The notes beneath the pieces are model-generated. The model searched no databases. It was not told where the DNA came from and was given only the letters and a program-made list of their open reading frames with translations. A DNA stretch of 47,253 nucleotides from Rhopilema esculentum (lineage: Eukaryota), in NCBI RefSeq assembly GCF_013076305.1, contig NW_027019762.1, positions 5,477,008 to 5,524,260 on the forward strand, given 5' to 3'. This document shows positions 1-13,289 of this stretch, one piece after another; position 1 is the stretch's first letter; each line of letters starts with the position of its first letter. Made by a program: the position numbers and the translations under genes.

Positions 1-69
1 ACTCGTCTCATTGTAAGCTTTTAATTGATGTATATTTAAGAATGATTTGCCAGCATAAGTATTTTTATT

Positions 70-105
70 ATGACGTCATCAAAAATTTTGCATGACGTCA
101 TCAAA
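70..105. promoter_or_regulatory. Two perfect CRE palindromes (TGACGTCA) within a 14 bp direct repeat atgacgtcatcaaa
   Basis: TGACGTCA occurs at 71-78 and 93-100. The same octamer recurs at about 14642, 39614 and 45327. Function is unknown, and this could equally be a repeat terminus. Confidence 0.15.
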
Positions 106-2999
106 GATCTTTTTGTCATTAAATGATAAGTTGACATAACTTTGTATTAATATGAGGCTGGATGTCAGCAAAAGCATTTCATCTTTAATTTTTTCAATCA
201 AATAATTAGTATTTAGATCATTTAAATTACGTTTTAATACAAATAGGCTTGAAATCAGAATGATTTTGCATGCTAACTCGAAAGATGCAAAAGTAGTTGT
301 TGTTGCGAAGGATACTGATGTATTTGTGCTGCTTGTTCATGCAATACAGGAGTGCAAACCACAAATTAGTGGTTTATGTGCATAAACAACAAACAAATCG
401 TCGAGATTTGAGGCATCGCTGAAACTTTTGGTTCCAAAAATTGCTGTGTCCTTCCACAGATCCATGGAATTATGGGCTGAGACTCTCAGAATAAGTTATT
501 GCCGACGCAAATACATTCGAGAAACTGTAGAACATAGTGGAACACTATATTAAAGCCGCTTAGGGACAAGGATTCATATATATCAAATCTGAAAACAAAT
601 CATCTGCAGCAGTTCCACAGATCCACAATCATTCAATCAGAGAAGAATTAAATTGTGTCGACTTAACAAGGTTATTTTGGCTACAGTGTTTAGATGCAAT
701 TACCACAAGACATGTCCCAAATGATAATTCAGAAAAATGCCTTGCAAAAAAATAACTTGTGCTCTGATGAAGCCCCGTATGCCGGGCGAAATATTAGCCT
801 TTGCTGATTTACGTGTTTTTATTATTGTTTATTCTCGGCGTATTGCGGTGTTTCATATTTGCTACAGATGTGTAAAAGCCTGTTTGCTACATTTTTTTAT
901 CGACTTTTCGCCGCAAGAACTCCATGGAGCCCGTCGAGCAGCCTGATACAGTGGCCTTTTCTCCATTCACACAAAAAAATAACTGGCTGAAAAAGATCTA
1001 GAATTAGAAAAAAGGTATATAAAAGAGAAAGGCATTTATTATCAAATTGAAAAATTATACTTGAAATTTAGTCAGGGGCAACATTAAGCAAAGAGACATA
1101 TTTGTGCCGCTTGATTAAAATGTTACGCAGATTTGATGATTCAATGCTTAAACTATGAATCTTCATTACTGCGACGATTCGGGCTTAAACCATTTGATCC
1201 TGCCAGCTTTAATCCAATGAAGTTGAAGTACTGAATCTAGTGCTATCTGCAACTTTCCATTAACTTGTCTTGTTCTTTGTACCAAAAGTTTCTTGCCATT
1301 TGTCTTTTTTTTGCCTCACGGTCATCATATCAGGGTTAATTTTTATCGCAAATTTAAAAGTATCTAAGTTTAGTGCTATAAAGCTTTCATTTGGGTCTAC
1401 TTTGAAGCTTGCCAAGCATCTGTTCTTGCTCCGTTTTTGATTATCGATTATAAAGATTTCATTTAATTGAAGATTCCATTTCAAAAAGCATAGCTGTGAT
1501 TGTGGTTGCCGATAGGTATGATATAGCTAAGAATTTGAATTAAATTAATAAAACATATTAAAATGATAACAGTGCTTATAATGTTTATCGAAAGTTTATA
1601 GCTAAATACAGTAAAATAAAATTAGCACAAACATAAACTTAACAAATAAAGCTATTACGTAACAAAAAGTTGAGTGATTGGAATATTAATGCATACTAGA
1701 TAAAAGTAAGATTCCATATGCATGGTTTTCTCCAAATGTAATATGTCCATTTAAACTTGCAGATATATCATATACAGGCGAAAATGTGCTGAGAATAACT
1801 TGGTTAGCCTAGGCAGCGATTAGCTAAACAGTCAGATGTTTTAAGATAAAATTCAATCTTAGAATTATATCAGACAGAGCAGTTCATTTTTAGTTGAATG
1901 TCCTTCAAAAGATATCTTTTGCAGCAGTCTGAAGCAGTCTTACAGTAATTCACGCCATTTTTATAAGAGCACAATGACCCTGAAGTGTGTTGGAAGAAAA
2001 GTGCTTCAGTATGCTACAGAGGATCTTTTAAGGAATTTTCACCGGTGGGGAACGGACACAAAAGGACATTCCTCTTAACGTGACACAACTGATGGCAAAA
2101 ACAAAAGGAAAAAGTGTATCCATGGTATGTAATGCTTCAGGGTCTTGCACATCAGTCCTTACTCCAATGCAGTGAAAAGTTACATTTAAACCAGAAAAAA
2201 TAATGAGCATTCAGATATTGGCAAGTTTGCAGGACAATGAATTTTCCACGAATTTCATAACCTCGCTTTGGTGTAGTGCAAGAAAATCAAACAGACACAT
2301 ACATAAAACGATAATGACACAACAAGCAGTAATGATTTTAAAACAAATTTTTAAGAAAAAGGCACTTGCTAGTGGGGAATCATGGGCCAACTAGTTGGGA
2401 AATTTAAGGGTCTGGTGGGGAAATTCCCCACTAGTTTGTATGTTAAAAGATCCCCTGGTATGCTATGTTTTCGCTATTTCGTGCCATCTTCAAATTCTGC
2501 GATACCAAAAACTTATTTGGTCATTGCTTTCTGTTGTTCTGTTACTCTTTTTTTATTTTCCAATTTTAGCTAGCATTTCATTTCTTGAGTTTTCTTGAGT
2601 CTCAACTTGCCTTGTTTCTTATATTTTTAATCTTTGGGCAAATCTTAGCCTGTTGTTGTTATAAAAAACTTGCATTTTGATTTTATGATTTGTCTCATGG
2701 CCGCATGTACTCATTTAAATAGCAATCAAACAATATAATTTCTCTTTTAACCTAAGTGTTTAAGAAATCAAAACGATTTACAAATAACACCAGAAACATA
2801 CTGCTTATTGTAAACAAAGCCAACGCTTCATGTCCTACTGTTCTTCCTCACATTCGCAAATGACTTAAAAACGAAAAAATTGCTTTCTCTTCTTCAAAAT
2901 TATTGCATGAGGAAATTGGGCCAAAAATTTGCTTGAATTATACGCCAAATTTGCAGTGAAAGGTGAAGATTTATTTGACCTTGTGCAAAAAAAAGTTCA

Positions 3000-3382
3000 T
3001 CAAAAGAAATTATTTTCATAATCAAAAAAGAATGGGTGATATCCACTATACCACAAGACTACTGATATTCCAGGGGGCGGCTGGCTATGATAAGCTGTTG
3101 GATGCATATACCAGCCCGACTTAACATGCTTCACGCCATATCCCACGATTTCAACGAAAATGCTGTTAAAACTGCAAGTTGTTGTTACCACGAGATCTCC
3201 CCCTGAACCACTTGTTGCTTGAAAAGCGACACATTTTCTTGAGATTACGTGCATCATCTGGTTTTGCCCGTTTTTGCAAAACAGTTGACATTGGCGCGTT
3301 ATTGTTAGCTTTCCTTGCGAATTCACTTTCACGCACATGTTGTGTTGGTATCCCTTGAATGCCAAGTAGAATGGTGTTTCAG
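3000..3382 (-). CDS. Terminal coding exon of paralog A: cysteine-containing domain, tentatively the C-terminal half of a fibrinogen-related domain (FReD)
   Basis: Acceptor is taatttacag|CTGAAAC. Translation is ETPFYLAFKGYQHNMCVKVNSQGKLTITRQCQLFCKNGQNQMMHVISRKCVAFQATSGSGGDLVVTTTCSFNSIFVEIVGYGVKHVKSGWYMHPTAYHSQPPPGISVVLWYSGYHPFFFDYENNFF, followed by a stop. FCKNGQNQ…KCVAFQA resembles the FReD FSTKDQDND…NCAEKFQGA motif. The stop is conserved with paralog B. Confidence 0.4.
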
Positions 3383-4037
3383 CTGTAAATTAAAATAATT
3401 TCATTACACAGAGATAACAAAAGATCTTGAAATCTTATCTTGAAATCTTCAAAATAGAAATTAGATACTGAGAAAGAGCAGGCTTCTTATCCTGTAGCCA
3501 GATATATTTTGCTATGCAAGAAAGTATTTTGTAAATAAGCTACAAAAATTTCTTCAGATAAATCATTTTCGGCGGATAAACTTCGTCGAAAAAAATTTAA
3601 GACATCTTTTCAGAATTGAGGCAAAACTCGTATGCAGTAGTTTGCTTAATTCTAAATCTCGTATGCACCGACTCCAGTAAACTTAAAATCTTGAAGAAAT
3701 TCATTCATTGGACAAATTTCGGACGTTTTTTACAAAATTCATATCGTAACAAATTTTCGGACAAAAACAAAAGCAATAGAATAACATTTAAACAGCATGT
3801 TACTTCTTATAAAGCTTACTATGAAGTCAATACCTCATTTGATTTAAAATCGAAAGTCACATGAGTTCAAAGAAGTCGTTATTCCAACTCTCTCAATGGG
3901 GATCTTGTTTTTTTCATTTCAAGAGCCATTGCAAAAACTTTTGAAATCATCCTACGATTGCTGCAAATTTCACCGTGACATATATCAAAACAAAGATATA
4001 AATTACCATTTGATATTTTCGCATCTACTATCTCGAT

Positions 4038-4412
4038 CAATAAGATAAGGCCTACCTTTGTTTCTTAAAGGATACAGATCCCAGCCTTTGGTTATGTTTG
4101 CCCTGGTATGAAGCGACTCGAAACATTCCAAGCGCGCAAGTATGCATTCCACCCCAGTCGCACCAGTTTTTAGGATGAGAAAATTAGCAACATTGCAATT
4201 CTTATTCATTGTACACCGATGTATACATAATTGAATGCTGGCTACTTGCAGTTGCTGGGAATAAGGTGGCAGTAGCTTCATGTCTTTCAGGTATTTCTCT
4301 ATTACCCATCCTTGCCCCTTTGTGAGCAAAAGAATCAGTTGCAGCAAAGTTGAAAGTGGACCAGGCTCAAACAGCTTCATTTTCTCGAAGAGTCTCGTCA
4401 TCAACTAAAAAC
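4038..4412 (-). mobile_element. Interspersed repeat copy A (about 375 bp, SINE-like, with tRNA-like A and B box motifs)
   Basis: It is about 98% identical to 10784-11155. The minus strand carries TGGCGCCACTGGGGTGG (A-box-like) and GTTTCGAGTCGC (B-box-like). Sequences outside the shared ends are unrelated, so this is an insertion rather than part of the segmental duplication. The long ORF across it (4003..4404) is probably fortuitous. Confidence 0.5.
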
Positions 4413-4569
4413 TATTCCAGTAACTAAAATCGATTAAAATACCGAGTACATAAATATTTGAAGAGACCAGCAGACAGCTGTTCAGCTGAACGACATATGA
4501 TTATTTTTATCTTTTTATCTCAGTGTCTAAAGTTTTGGCGACAATTTTGTCCAACCCCGCAATGCCCAA

Positions 4570-4609
4570 TTTTTCAGTAAACAGTGTTTGACACTGTTTA
4601 CTGAAAAAC
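4570..4609. repeat. Perfect 18 bp stem with 3 nt loop inverted repeat (hairpin)
   Basis: tttttcagtaaacagtgt-ttg-acactgtttactgaaaaa. Confidence 0.7.
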
Positions 4610-7600
4610 ATATGAATATTCAATGAGCACTTAAGAAGTCGTTTTAAAAAGGGGTAGTCGGTTGGACAGTCTAGTAAACTTTGAATACAATAATTGAATA
4701 GACAGTTTAACATCACTTATGTGTTTCTGTGTAAGATAGCCCAAACAGGATTTTTACGATCATTACCCGCATAGGACTTTGAAAATTATTCGAATCAAAT
4801 TTATATGACTGTGAAAATTTACCTCCAAAATCGATAATTTTTCAATTGAGGTAAAAAGGGAGAATGCCATTCCAACAAAAATCTAAAGCAACAAAGAAGC
4901 TCGATTTCTAAAAAAAATTGGATAACAGTAAGCCTTACTGGCCTTGATAGCGGTTCAAAGCTTTGGGAATCAGTCTTCACCAAAGGATTTTCACTGGCTG
5001 CCCCCACTCGGTAACTCTAGGTTTTGAGCCCTTTCCCCACATACAGTGCCGCGGAGAGGATTTATGGGCCATAGGTCGGGACAAAAGACAAATAGTAAAG
5101 TAGGCCTAAGGCATAATCTTCTAGGGGATACGGAGAATGCTCCCCCGGGAAATCTAGCATTGATTCATATAAGCATGGTCTATATCATTTGAATTTATCT
5201 TTGTGTTACTTCAAATGAATATGAACCTTAAATGCTATTTGATATAGTAACAGAGGTTGCCTTTCTCAATTTCTCTTTGACCCTTTTAAATATCTATACT
5301 CTGAATGCCCAATGTGTAAGGTAATTATTTCTTTCATAATTTCTCTTCTTTCATAATCATTTTATAATATGACTCTGCAGTAAATTTCACTTGTTTGTTA
5401 GTCTTTATCCCCGTCAAAATTACTATTTTATGCATACAAAAGGTAACAAACTATTCTATGGATCAGCAGAAAGAATCTGGCAATGCTAGATGAAGGTTGG
5501 AGATTCCATGTATCCTGTTATCTGGTCACTAGCCGTGGGTAAGTGATAACTTCCCCACATTTTCCCCTGCAAGTGCTACCACAAAGGCCTCAACACATTA
5601 GTCAAAAGGACAGCTGTTTTTGTATCAAAATGTTTACAAAAGAGACTATTTTTTAATATATCTATATAAAGTTTGCAAATCCACTGCTATTATTTCAAAC
5701 TAGCAACAATATGTTGAATTTTTCGGCAAAAGGTACTTTCTAGCAATTTTTCAATAGATTATTGCTTCATAATACTCTGATAACAACATTTTTCAAGTGT
5801 CATTGAAATTATGAATTTGCTAGCTAGTTCATTGGCCATCTAAAACTTCTTTGTTTGCTATTTTGGTTGGCAAAATTGCAATTATGACTACTGTTCTGGC
5901 TACCTATTTTTGATACCTACCTATTCTATATAATTTGAACATATCTGATATCTTAACACCATACTTCATAAAAATGAGAATTTCTTGAAAATTTTAAAAG
6001 TCTTAGATAATGGAAAACATTTAATTCGCTAACAAGGTTCAATTAAAACCGACACACTGTTGCACATAGATGCGCGTGCCATATAGTAAATTTGCAATGT
6101 GATCAGGTCAGAATGTGATTTCTAAAGAGCAATGTGATCTGACCTATAAGCAAAAAATTATGGCTGTTGAAGTTTCGCTTTGTCAAACAACTTACTTTCT
6201 GAAGTTTCATGATAGTACAGACGCATAGTATAGAATTGTGCATGTTATGATAATACTAAATAAGATGAAATCCATATCAAGCTTCAAAAATGCCCTCAAA
6301 AGCTTTTTTTCATTATTTTTGAAAAACTATATATTTGCAGTCACCTTTTGCAATCATTTAAAAAGTCACAATGGAAAATATTTACTTGCATGTAGATATC
6401 AAGAGATGCTCGAAACCTAGATTTCATTAGCATATTGTATTTATATGAATTAATATTGCTCGGAAATCATGTTCTTGAAAAGCCCCTTTGCTGCCCCCGC
6501 TGCCCCCGTGGCTCCGGCGCCCTTTCATCCGCTTACATCGTAAGAATGTTTTCAAAATTTTCAAAATCGTAAAAGCCTCAAAGATTCTTACAAGAGATTT
6601 TGTTCTTCTGATGGTCAAAGTAGCCTTAGAACGTATGATCCAAACGAGACAGACGTACAGTTTTGTAGTACCTGAGGATATACCACCTGAACATTCTTAA
6701 AAATTGTGACTCGTGTATGAAATATGGAATATAAGTTCACGTCATGGCGCAATGCATTCTGGTACTTGTAGTTAAACCCACGAACATTTGTTTATGTTTT
6801 GTACGGCGATCGCACGAAGTTCTGTTATTATTCAACGCTCTTTGCTGAAATAGTCAAATAAATAATGGAAAATACGGCAGAATGTACATAACAGCACATC
6901 CCTAGATTTTCTAAAAGCTATGGATAAACTTTATCATTAACGCCAGATTAAGTTTACTTATGTTTCTCACTCATGTCTCTGTGTCCAGAAGACGCTGGAA
7001 GGGCTGTAGGACAAGGGTGTAAGAAAGTGCCAAGAAAAAATTGAAAATAACCACTTAATTTTTGGAGGTCAAGGGGTACGGCTTTTACCGGGCTTGTACG
7101 CAGGGACAATAATGACGCATACGGAACTTCAGTTTGAAGCTTTTTCAGAACAGCCGTTTCTCCATTTTCGCAACCCCATTTGAAAATCGAATTCGACATA
7201 ACTTACCGTGTCAAAGTGTCTTTCGATCTGGCAAAGTCTGAAGAAAAGAAGATTAGATTAATCGAATTCGACTTTGATTTCAAGGTAAGACCGTGTCTAA
7301 TAGCCTAAGCGGCAGTCTAAGAGGCAAGGTTTATTTTAAGGAACTTTTATCTCTGCACATTTTCAAGATTTTTGAAAATTTGGGTGTTGCCTTTTGAAAA
7401 TTTGTATGACCACATCTATCAAACAAGTTGTATGTGAAATTATCAAATCACAGCAGCTCTCATCCAAGCTTTACAAGAGATTTTGATGAGGAAAAGTGGT
7501 CTAGATTGAGAGCATAGATCTCAAAGGAGATAACGACACAAACTAGACAGATTTTAGATACTGAATTCGATAAAATTTTACAAAGATTTAATAGATTATG

Positions 7601-8932
7601 AACATTGTTACTGTTATGTTCTCATTTTTAACATTGTAATGCTCTTTTATAAGCTTTATGTGTCTACAGGCATTACTGCACAAATTTAGAGTTTCTTACT
7701 GCACAATTACGGCTTATCACTGCACAATTTGGTTATCACTACAAGTTAAAATAAACCCTGCTAAGAGGGACAAAAGATAACGGGAAAGCCTTCTATAATT
7801 GCAATTGGTTAACATGAATAGAAATAGTAATTTTACAACATGTCAGTGTCACACATAAATGATTCTGGCAAAAACGGTAACTAGTGGTTCCTAGGTTGTA
7901 TTGTGAATCAAAAGACTTCATTAATAAATTTCTAGACAGAGAAACTTTGATTTTCAAAGCTGTGAAACACACTTGATTGAAAGTACACTTTCAGTATTTC
8001 GGCACTACGTGAATTCTGCGCTAATAATTCATTTGGTAACGTAAGCTCCGTAAAAGCTCCGATGGATGTGAATTTGGAAGTAGGAGAACGGAAGCTCACG
8101 CACCGGATCGAACGAAGCGGTTGACCCAACACCCTCAATACATTTATCAATTTTCTTTTACTTGGCTTTGTTCTGCCCTATTTCTCGGCACTATGTCCCT
8201 TGCTTTGTAGCTCTTCGTTCTCTGTCTATGAAATCAGAAACGGTTACTTTTATAAAAACATAGCTTGAGCAACAGGGAATCCCAAGGGCTTTTGAGAGGG
8301 ATTGTAGATAAACGATTCTTTTCAATGGGGAGCTAAACATAGGTAATGAATTAAGCGATTTCAAGTAAATAACCCGAGTCGAAAAAGGTAGTTCCTAGAA
8401 GTTGTTAGGAGTTTCTCTTCTACCCAGGCATACGCAATCCAGGAAATTGATTCTGGGGACAATTGCATGAAATTGGAAAAGCGGAGATTTATTCAGGGTA
8501 GTTAGAACCGGGGGGTTTAGGAAAGGCTGGAGCCTCCGAATAATCTTCAAACTGTAGTATATTTCATTTTTAACAGTGTACTGAATGAGAAAAAATACAA
8601 TGGGCAGCCCCCCAATATGAATCAAATCGATAGTCCGTCAATGAAACTCTTGAAGATCCCAGAGGCCCTTTACATGAGATCCGAAATGAAACTTTCTATC
8701 AAAAACGTCTAACAGACATGTCTAACAAGTTTCAAGCTAGGTAAAACACAATAATTCTATCCTCGATTTTATCCTGGCACTCTGATTAAATGCGAGAAAC
8801 GGACATAAGTATTTGTGGTAAAACTATTTCTCTATTACGGTTTTAAGAAACGTTTAGAGTATGAAACATGAAACAATGATAAAATCTAGGCAATTAAATA
8901 ATTGTGATCTAAAGCAAAGTTTCAGGTAAAGT

Positions 8933-9315
8933 TCAGAAGAAATCATTCATGAAATTGAAAAAGAATGGCTGATATCCACTATACCACAAGATTACTAATA
9001 TTCCAGGTGGTGGCTGGCCCTCATAAGCTTGTGCATGCATATAAAAGCCCGACTTAACATGCTTCACGCCAGTTCCCAAGACTTCCACGAACACGCTGTT
9101 ACTATTGCAAGTTGTTGTCACCACGATATTTCCCGTCCACCATTCCTTTGCTTTAAAAGCCATACACTTTCTCGAGACTACGTGCATCATCTGCTTCTGT
9201 CTATTTATGCAAAACATCTGACATTGGTGCGTTATTGTAAGGTGTCCTTGCGAATTCACTTTCACACACATGTTCTGTTGGTTTCCCTTGTATGCCAAGT
9301 GGAACGGTCTTTCAA
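8933..9315 (-). CDS. Terminal coding exon of paralog B (about 72% amino-acid identity to 3000-3382)
   Basis: Acceptor is tcatttacag|TTGAAAG, at the homologous position. Translation is ERPFHLAYKGNQQNMCVKVNSQGHLTITHQCQMFCINRQKQMMHVVSRKCMAFKAKEWWTGNIVVTTTCNSNSVFVEVLGTGVKHVKSGFYMHAQAYEGQPPPGILVILWYSGYQPFFFNFMNDFF, followed by a stop. All cysteines and the stop position are conserved with paralog A. Confidence 0.4.
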
Positions 9316-10783
9316 CTGTAAATGAAGGTAAATTTATTTCTCAGTAAAAATGGGAAGCTCTTCGTGTAGCTAAATCACATTGAGCCGCTGAACAGCAATA
9401 TCAAATAGGAGATAACAATAATAAAAATTGTTCTTGGGTACACCAGCATTTGATTCAAATACTGTTGTTTTCATTTTCCTGCTTTTCTAATAGTTTAGCA
9501 AGCCCTTATCCTCAAATGTCTCCATCATGAAGTAGCAATTTTGCAATATAATGCTTAATTCCATGATCAATTATATTTTTAACCGAAACTCAAATAAAAC
9601 AAATCATTAAAGTTATTTTTGTCAGCATTGACTCCCAGAGCCTACTGTTTCTCAAAAAAAGTTAAATAAGCGAAAATATTTCTAAAAAAATAGGTTATTA
9701 GGTTATTTTTAAACCCCAACCCTTATTTAAGCCAAATTACTAAAAGACTTTTGCTCTAGCTTCTTCTTCTGCGTAATTGAGCGGTTTTTATACGTTCGAT
9801 GAACAAAAAACGAACATTAAACAACATTAAACAAGATAGAGCCACGGAAAAATCCTTGCAGTACTCTTGATAAGAATGTATCTAACTTCTGTTGCAAAAT
9901 TATAGCTACTGAATGGATCCCAATTCAGAGGGAAGTTATAAGGTATACAGAAGATTCTTGTCAATGTGAAGTCAGTCGCGCAGTCCAAACCCTTAAACTT
10001 CACTCCTTTTCAATGCAGGTATATTGAGTATCAAAGTTTTAAAATTATCTAACCCGACTATTTCAAGTATCATGAATCTAAAAGCAGCCTAAAAATTCTC
10101 AGTCATGCCAAAAGTAAGTAATGAAACGGTTAAGTTAGGTTATATTACAGTGATAGCAGTTCAGAGATAGTCGACAAAAATTAAAGTATTATCTTTTCTT
10201 GTTGAAAAGTGACAAACCGTTTGCTAAAGCGTTGAAGCGTTTACTTTTGAAAGGAATTTTAGATACAGCTGTTAATGGGTGTGGTACATATTTCGACCTG
10301 ATTTCGATAGGAGTACACTTTTAAACCCTTCTAATTGACTTTCATTCCTATATTCTGCCTGAACTTTGATTGCATTTAATTGCATTGTATTGTTTTGACT
10401 CGTTAGTTTTAGTCCTTCGTAAAGAAATCGGATTTAGGTTTTCGGGGTTTTATACTCCAAATGATATATTTTAGATGGTATTAATTCGATAGCAGCGCTA
10501 ACACGAATGAGTATGGCATCTTCCAAATACCGATTTTGCTGTAAAAGACCTTGTTGAAAATTTTAGTATTGGAAAAAGAAATTGAAGCATGTTTCTCCAA
10601 AACCTCTTCAAACCTTTTCTTCGACAACCTAGTTTCACATACAATACACATAAATAGCATTGACTTTATAAATATCTGATTTTCAGAGTTTTAAGTTAAG
10701 ACCATATCATCTGTTGACAGATAAATGCCCAAATTTAAAGTTTCTACCACTTTAAATCTTCTCACCTCACCTACTGCCAAGGT

Positions 10784-11155
10784 GAAGGCCTACCTTTGTT
10801 TCTTAAAGGATACAGATCCCAGCCTTTGGTTATGCTTGCCCTGGTATGAAGCGACTCGAAACATTCCAAGCGCGCAAGTATGCATTCCACCCCAGTGGCG
10901 CCAGTTTTCAGGATGCGCACATTAGCAACATTGCAATTCTTATTCATTGTACACCGATGTATACATAATTGAATGCTGGCTACTTGCAGTTGCTGGGAAT
11001 AAGGTGGCAGTAGCTTCATGTCTTTCAGGTATTTCTCTATTACCCATCCTTGCCCCTTTGTGAGCAAAAGAATCAGTTGTAACAAAGTTGAAAGTGGACC
11101 AGGCTCAAACAGCTTCATTTTCTCGAAGAGTCTCGTCAGTAACTAAAAACTACTC
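10784..11155 (-). mobile_element. Interspersed repeat copy B (SINE-like)
   Basis: About 98% identical to 4038-4412, with the same ends (gcctacctttg … aactaaaaacta). Confidence 0.5.
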
Positions 11156-13289
11156 GATCGTTACTATCATTTAATAACAAATGCATGAATAATTTAAAGG
11201 ACAAATAAGTCGCATTAAGGCTTGCCAACATAGTTAATTTGCATACAATCTTCCATTATGAATTCCACGATCAGGGGCGTAGCTAGTGCGGGGTGTAGGG
11301 GGTGTAACACCCCTCAATTCCTCATGAATTCGTCGGTATATCTTCAGTTTGTCTACAAAACACTTAATTTGTCGGTAAAATCAGCTATAAGTAGGTGAAA
11401 TAGTACCTAAATTCTTCTCAATCTCTGTCTTCGTCGGTAATTTTTTCTATTGATGACCCTCCACCCCCCTAATCTGGAAGGTCAAGCGACGCCACTGCCC
11501 ACGATCGATGCAAATATTGTCTTCCTGCATATTTGTTGGTCCTTAGCTAATGCCATTAGCGATTCTAAGCTCCTTGATACTTATTTCACTCGCCATAGCT
11601 AGCAGTCATTTAACTATACCCTTTTTACCTGTGATATTGTCTTATTTCTTCACGTCTTTGCTGCCCGGGAATAAAAGCCCTTCTTTACATTTCATGGCAA
11701 CTCCATCGTTCTCTTTTTGATGATTAGAAATTTTGTTGGAAAGTACAGCAATGTCTCCCAAACTCTACATCCCATCTACGGCCGTCTGTTTTTTACCATT
11801 CCAGTATAACATACTGAGGTTTACACACGATAATGTAAACCAACATGCACAAAATTAAATTTTGCTGGATACACACGTTTTTGTTAATGTGCTTTAGCAA
11901 AATTTATAACGTGGGGCATAAAAATATATGCATGCATACACAAACTTTTGCATTCACAATTTTTTAAAACTGCATACAAAAAATGTTATTCTTTTTTGCC
12001 GCATTGGCGCGCCATAGCATGTGACTGTTGTAGACCATGGCATTCTATCTAGGCGAATTCTAAGCTATGCACCCCTGAGAGCATAAACCAATAGTAATAT
12101 GAGGTTTAATTTGAATGAATTATGAAATAAAAGAGTTATTTCATGTCCCACATGAAAATGGACAATGTGGCCCTTCGAAACTATAGCATAAAAAAACAAT
12201 GGCTTTTTTGTGACCGCTCACAAAAAAGGGGTTCACTGCAAAACAGAATGTCTTTATTGCTCGATCGGGGCCTTTTACTTTCAGCACATCATCGAGTTCA
12301 CTGGTTTTTCAAAAAGGCAAAAATTGACAAACAATTATGAATGAAGTCGCGAAAACATGATGCAGAGCACGAGGATGTCAAAACTGGAGTCAAAGTCATG
12401 TTTAATGATTTTAATCTCAATAAATGAAAAAAATTTGCAGCAACTTATGCTAGAGGCATATAAATGTATCACTTCTGGGAGCTCCTCCTTTCTGTTGAAG
12501 TTCTTCAAAAGAAAACTGCTGCCAAATAAATTAAGAACAAGCGACCTTCTACAAATTCCTAAAACTAGGACTAATTAATATGTTAACGAGTCTCTTTCAT
12601 TCAAGGATAGCATAGTTTGAAATCGGCTTCCAGACCAATATAAAGCAACAGAAAGCGAAAATTAGTTCAAAATGAAAAACCTAAGGTTGGAAAGAGTCCG
12701 GATGTTACTGCCGCGATTGTATTTCAAAGATTAACTCTGGAAATAGTGTAAATAGGGTAATATTGGCCTTTATTAGCACCAGCTATTTTATAGCCAACTA
12801 TAAATAAATTGCGTTATCATTATCATTATTACTATATGTCATCTTGCTGCTGCGGATACGCATTTATCTTTGTTCGAAAATTTAAAAACAAAATTTATTT
12901 ACTATAAGTACAAGTAGGCCACTTAAACGGTCAAGATATCGAGTGAGATGCTTCTCTTATCTTATCTTACTTTGAGATATCAAAATGGCCAGTGATCAAT
13001 AATTCAATCATTTAATGCTTGGAGCTGTATAGAATCTCCTCTTCAACTTCAAAGGAAAGTAGCCACCATCTAAGATCCCTTTTATCAACTGCAAATATTT
13101 ACAACGTATGGTGGCAAGAAACAGAAGGGACTAAGAGAACTAATGGCTCTTCGTCTCATTTGATACTTGAAAGTAATTAAAGCTTCACACATTCACTGCC
13201 AGATTTAATGCTTACGTTGGAGCTCAAGAGACTCGGTAGAATGAATTTGTTGATTTAGTAAGAAATGTTGACAAAACGGCAAAAAACCA

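Noticed and set aside
280-720. Possible transposase-like fragment (AKVVVVAKDTDVFVLLVHAIQECKPQ) in the first kilobase
   Set aside because: It is an open frame with a vaguely transposase-like hydrophobic motif, but it is short, interrupted by stops, and I cannot assign it to a family from memory. I am not confident enough to call it.
1260-1484. 74-aa minus-strand ORF (…FKVDPNESFIALNLDTFKFAIKINPDMMTVRQKKDK…) as an exon
   Set aside because: No recognisable homology and no convincing splice sites, and at this AT content it is compatible with chance.
2388-2445. Palindromes CCAACTAGTTGG and GGGGAAATTCCCC (NF-kB-like GGGAAATTCC) as a regulatory module
   Set aside because: A single occurrence in a gene-poor stretch with no nearby TSS evidence. 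It is more likely part of a small inverted repeat or MITE fragment, and chance is not excluded.
4003-4404. 133-aa and 115-aa ORFs (4003..4404 and 10771..11118) as a duplicated protein-coding gene
   Set aside because: The two copies are about 98% identical at the DNA level while neighbouring real exons are about 72% identical. Boundaries coincide with a repeat unit carrying tRNA-like box motifs and there are no splice signals, so they are better explained as SINE-like repeat copies with a fortuitous open frame.
8040-8130. tRNA-like GTTCGATCC motif on the minus strand
   Set aside because: No complementary T-stem, acceptor stem or anticodon arm could be folded around it by eye, so it is not a tRNA gene.
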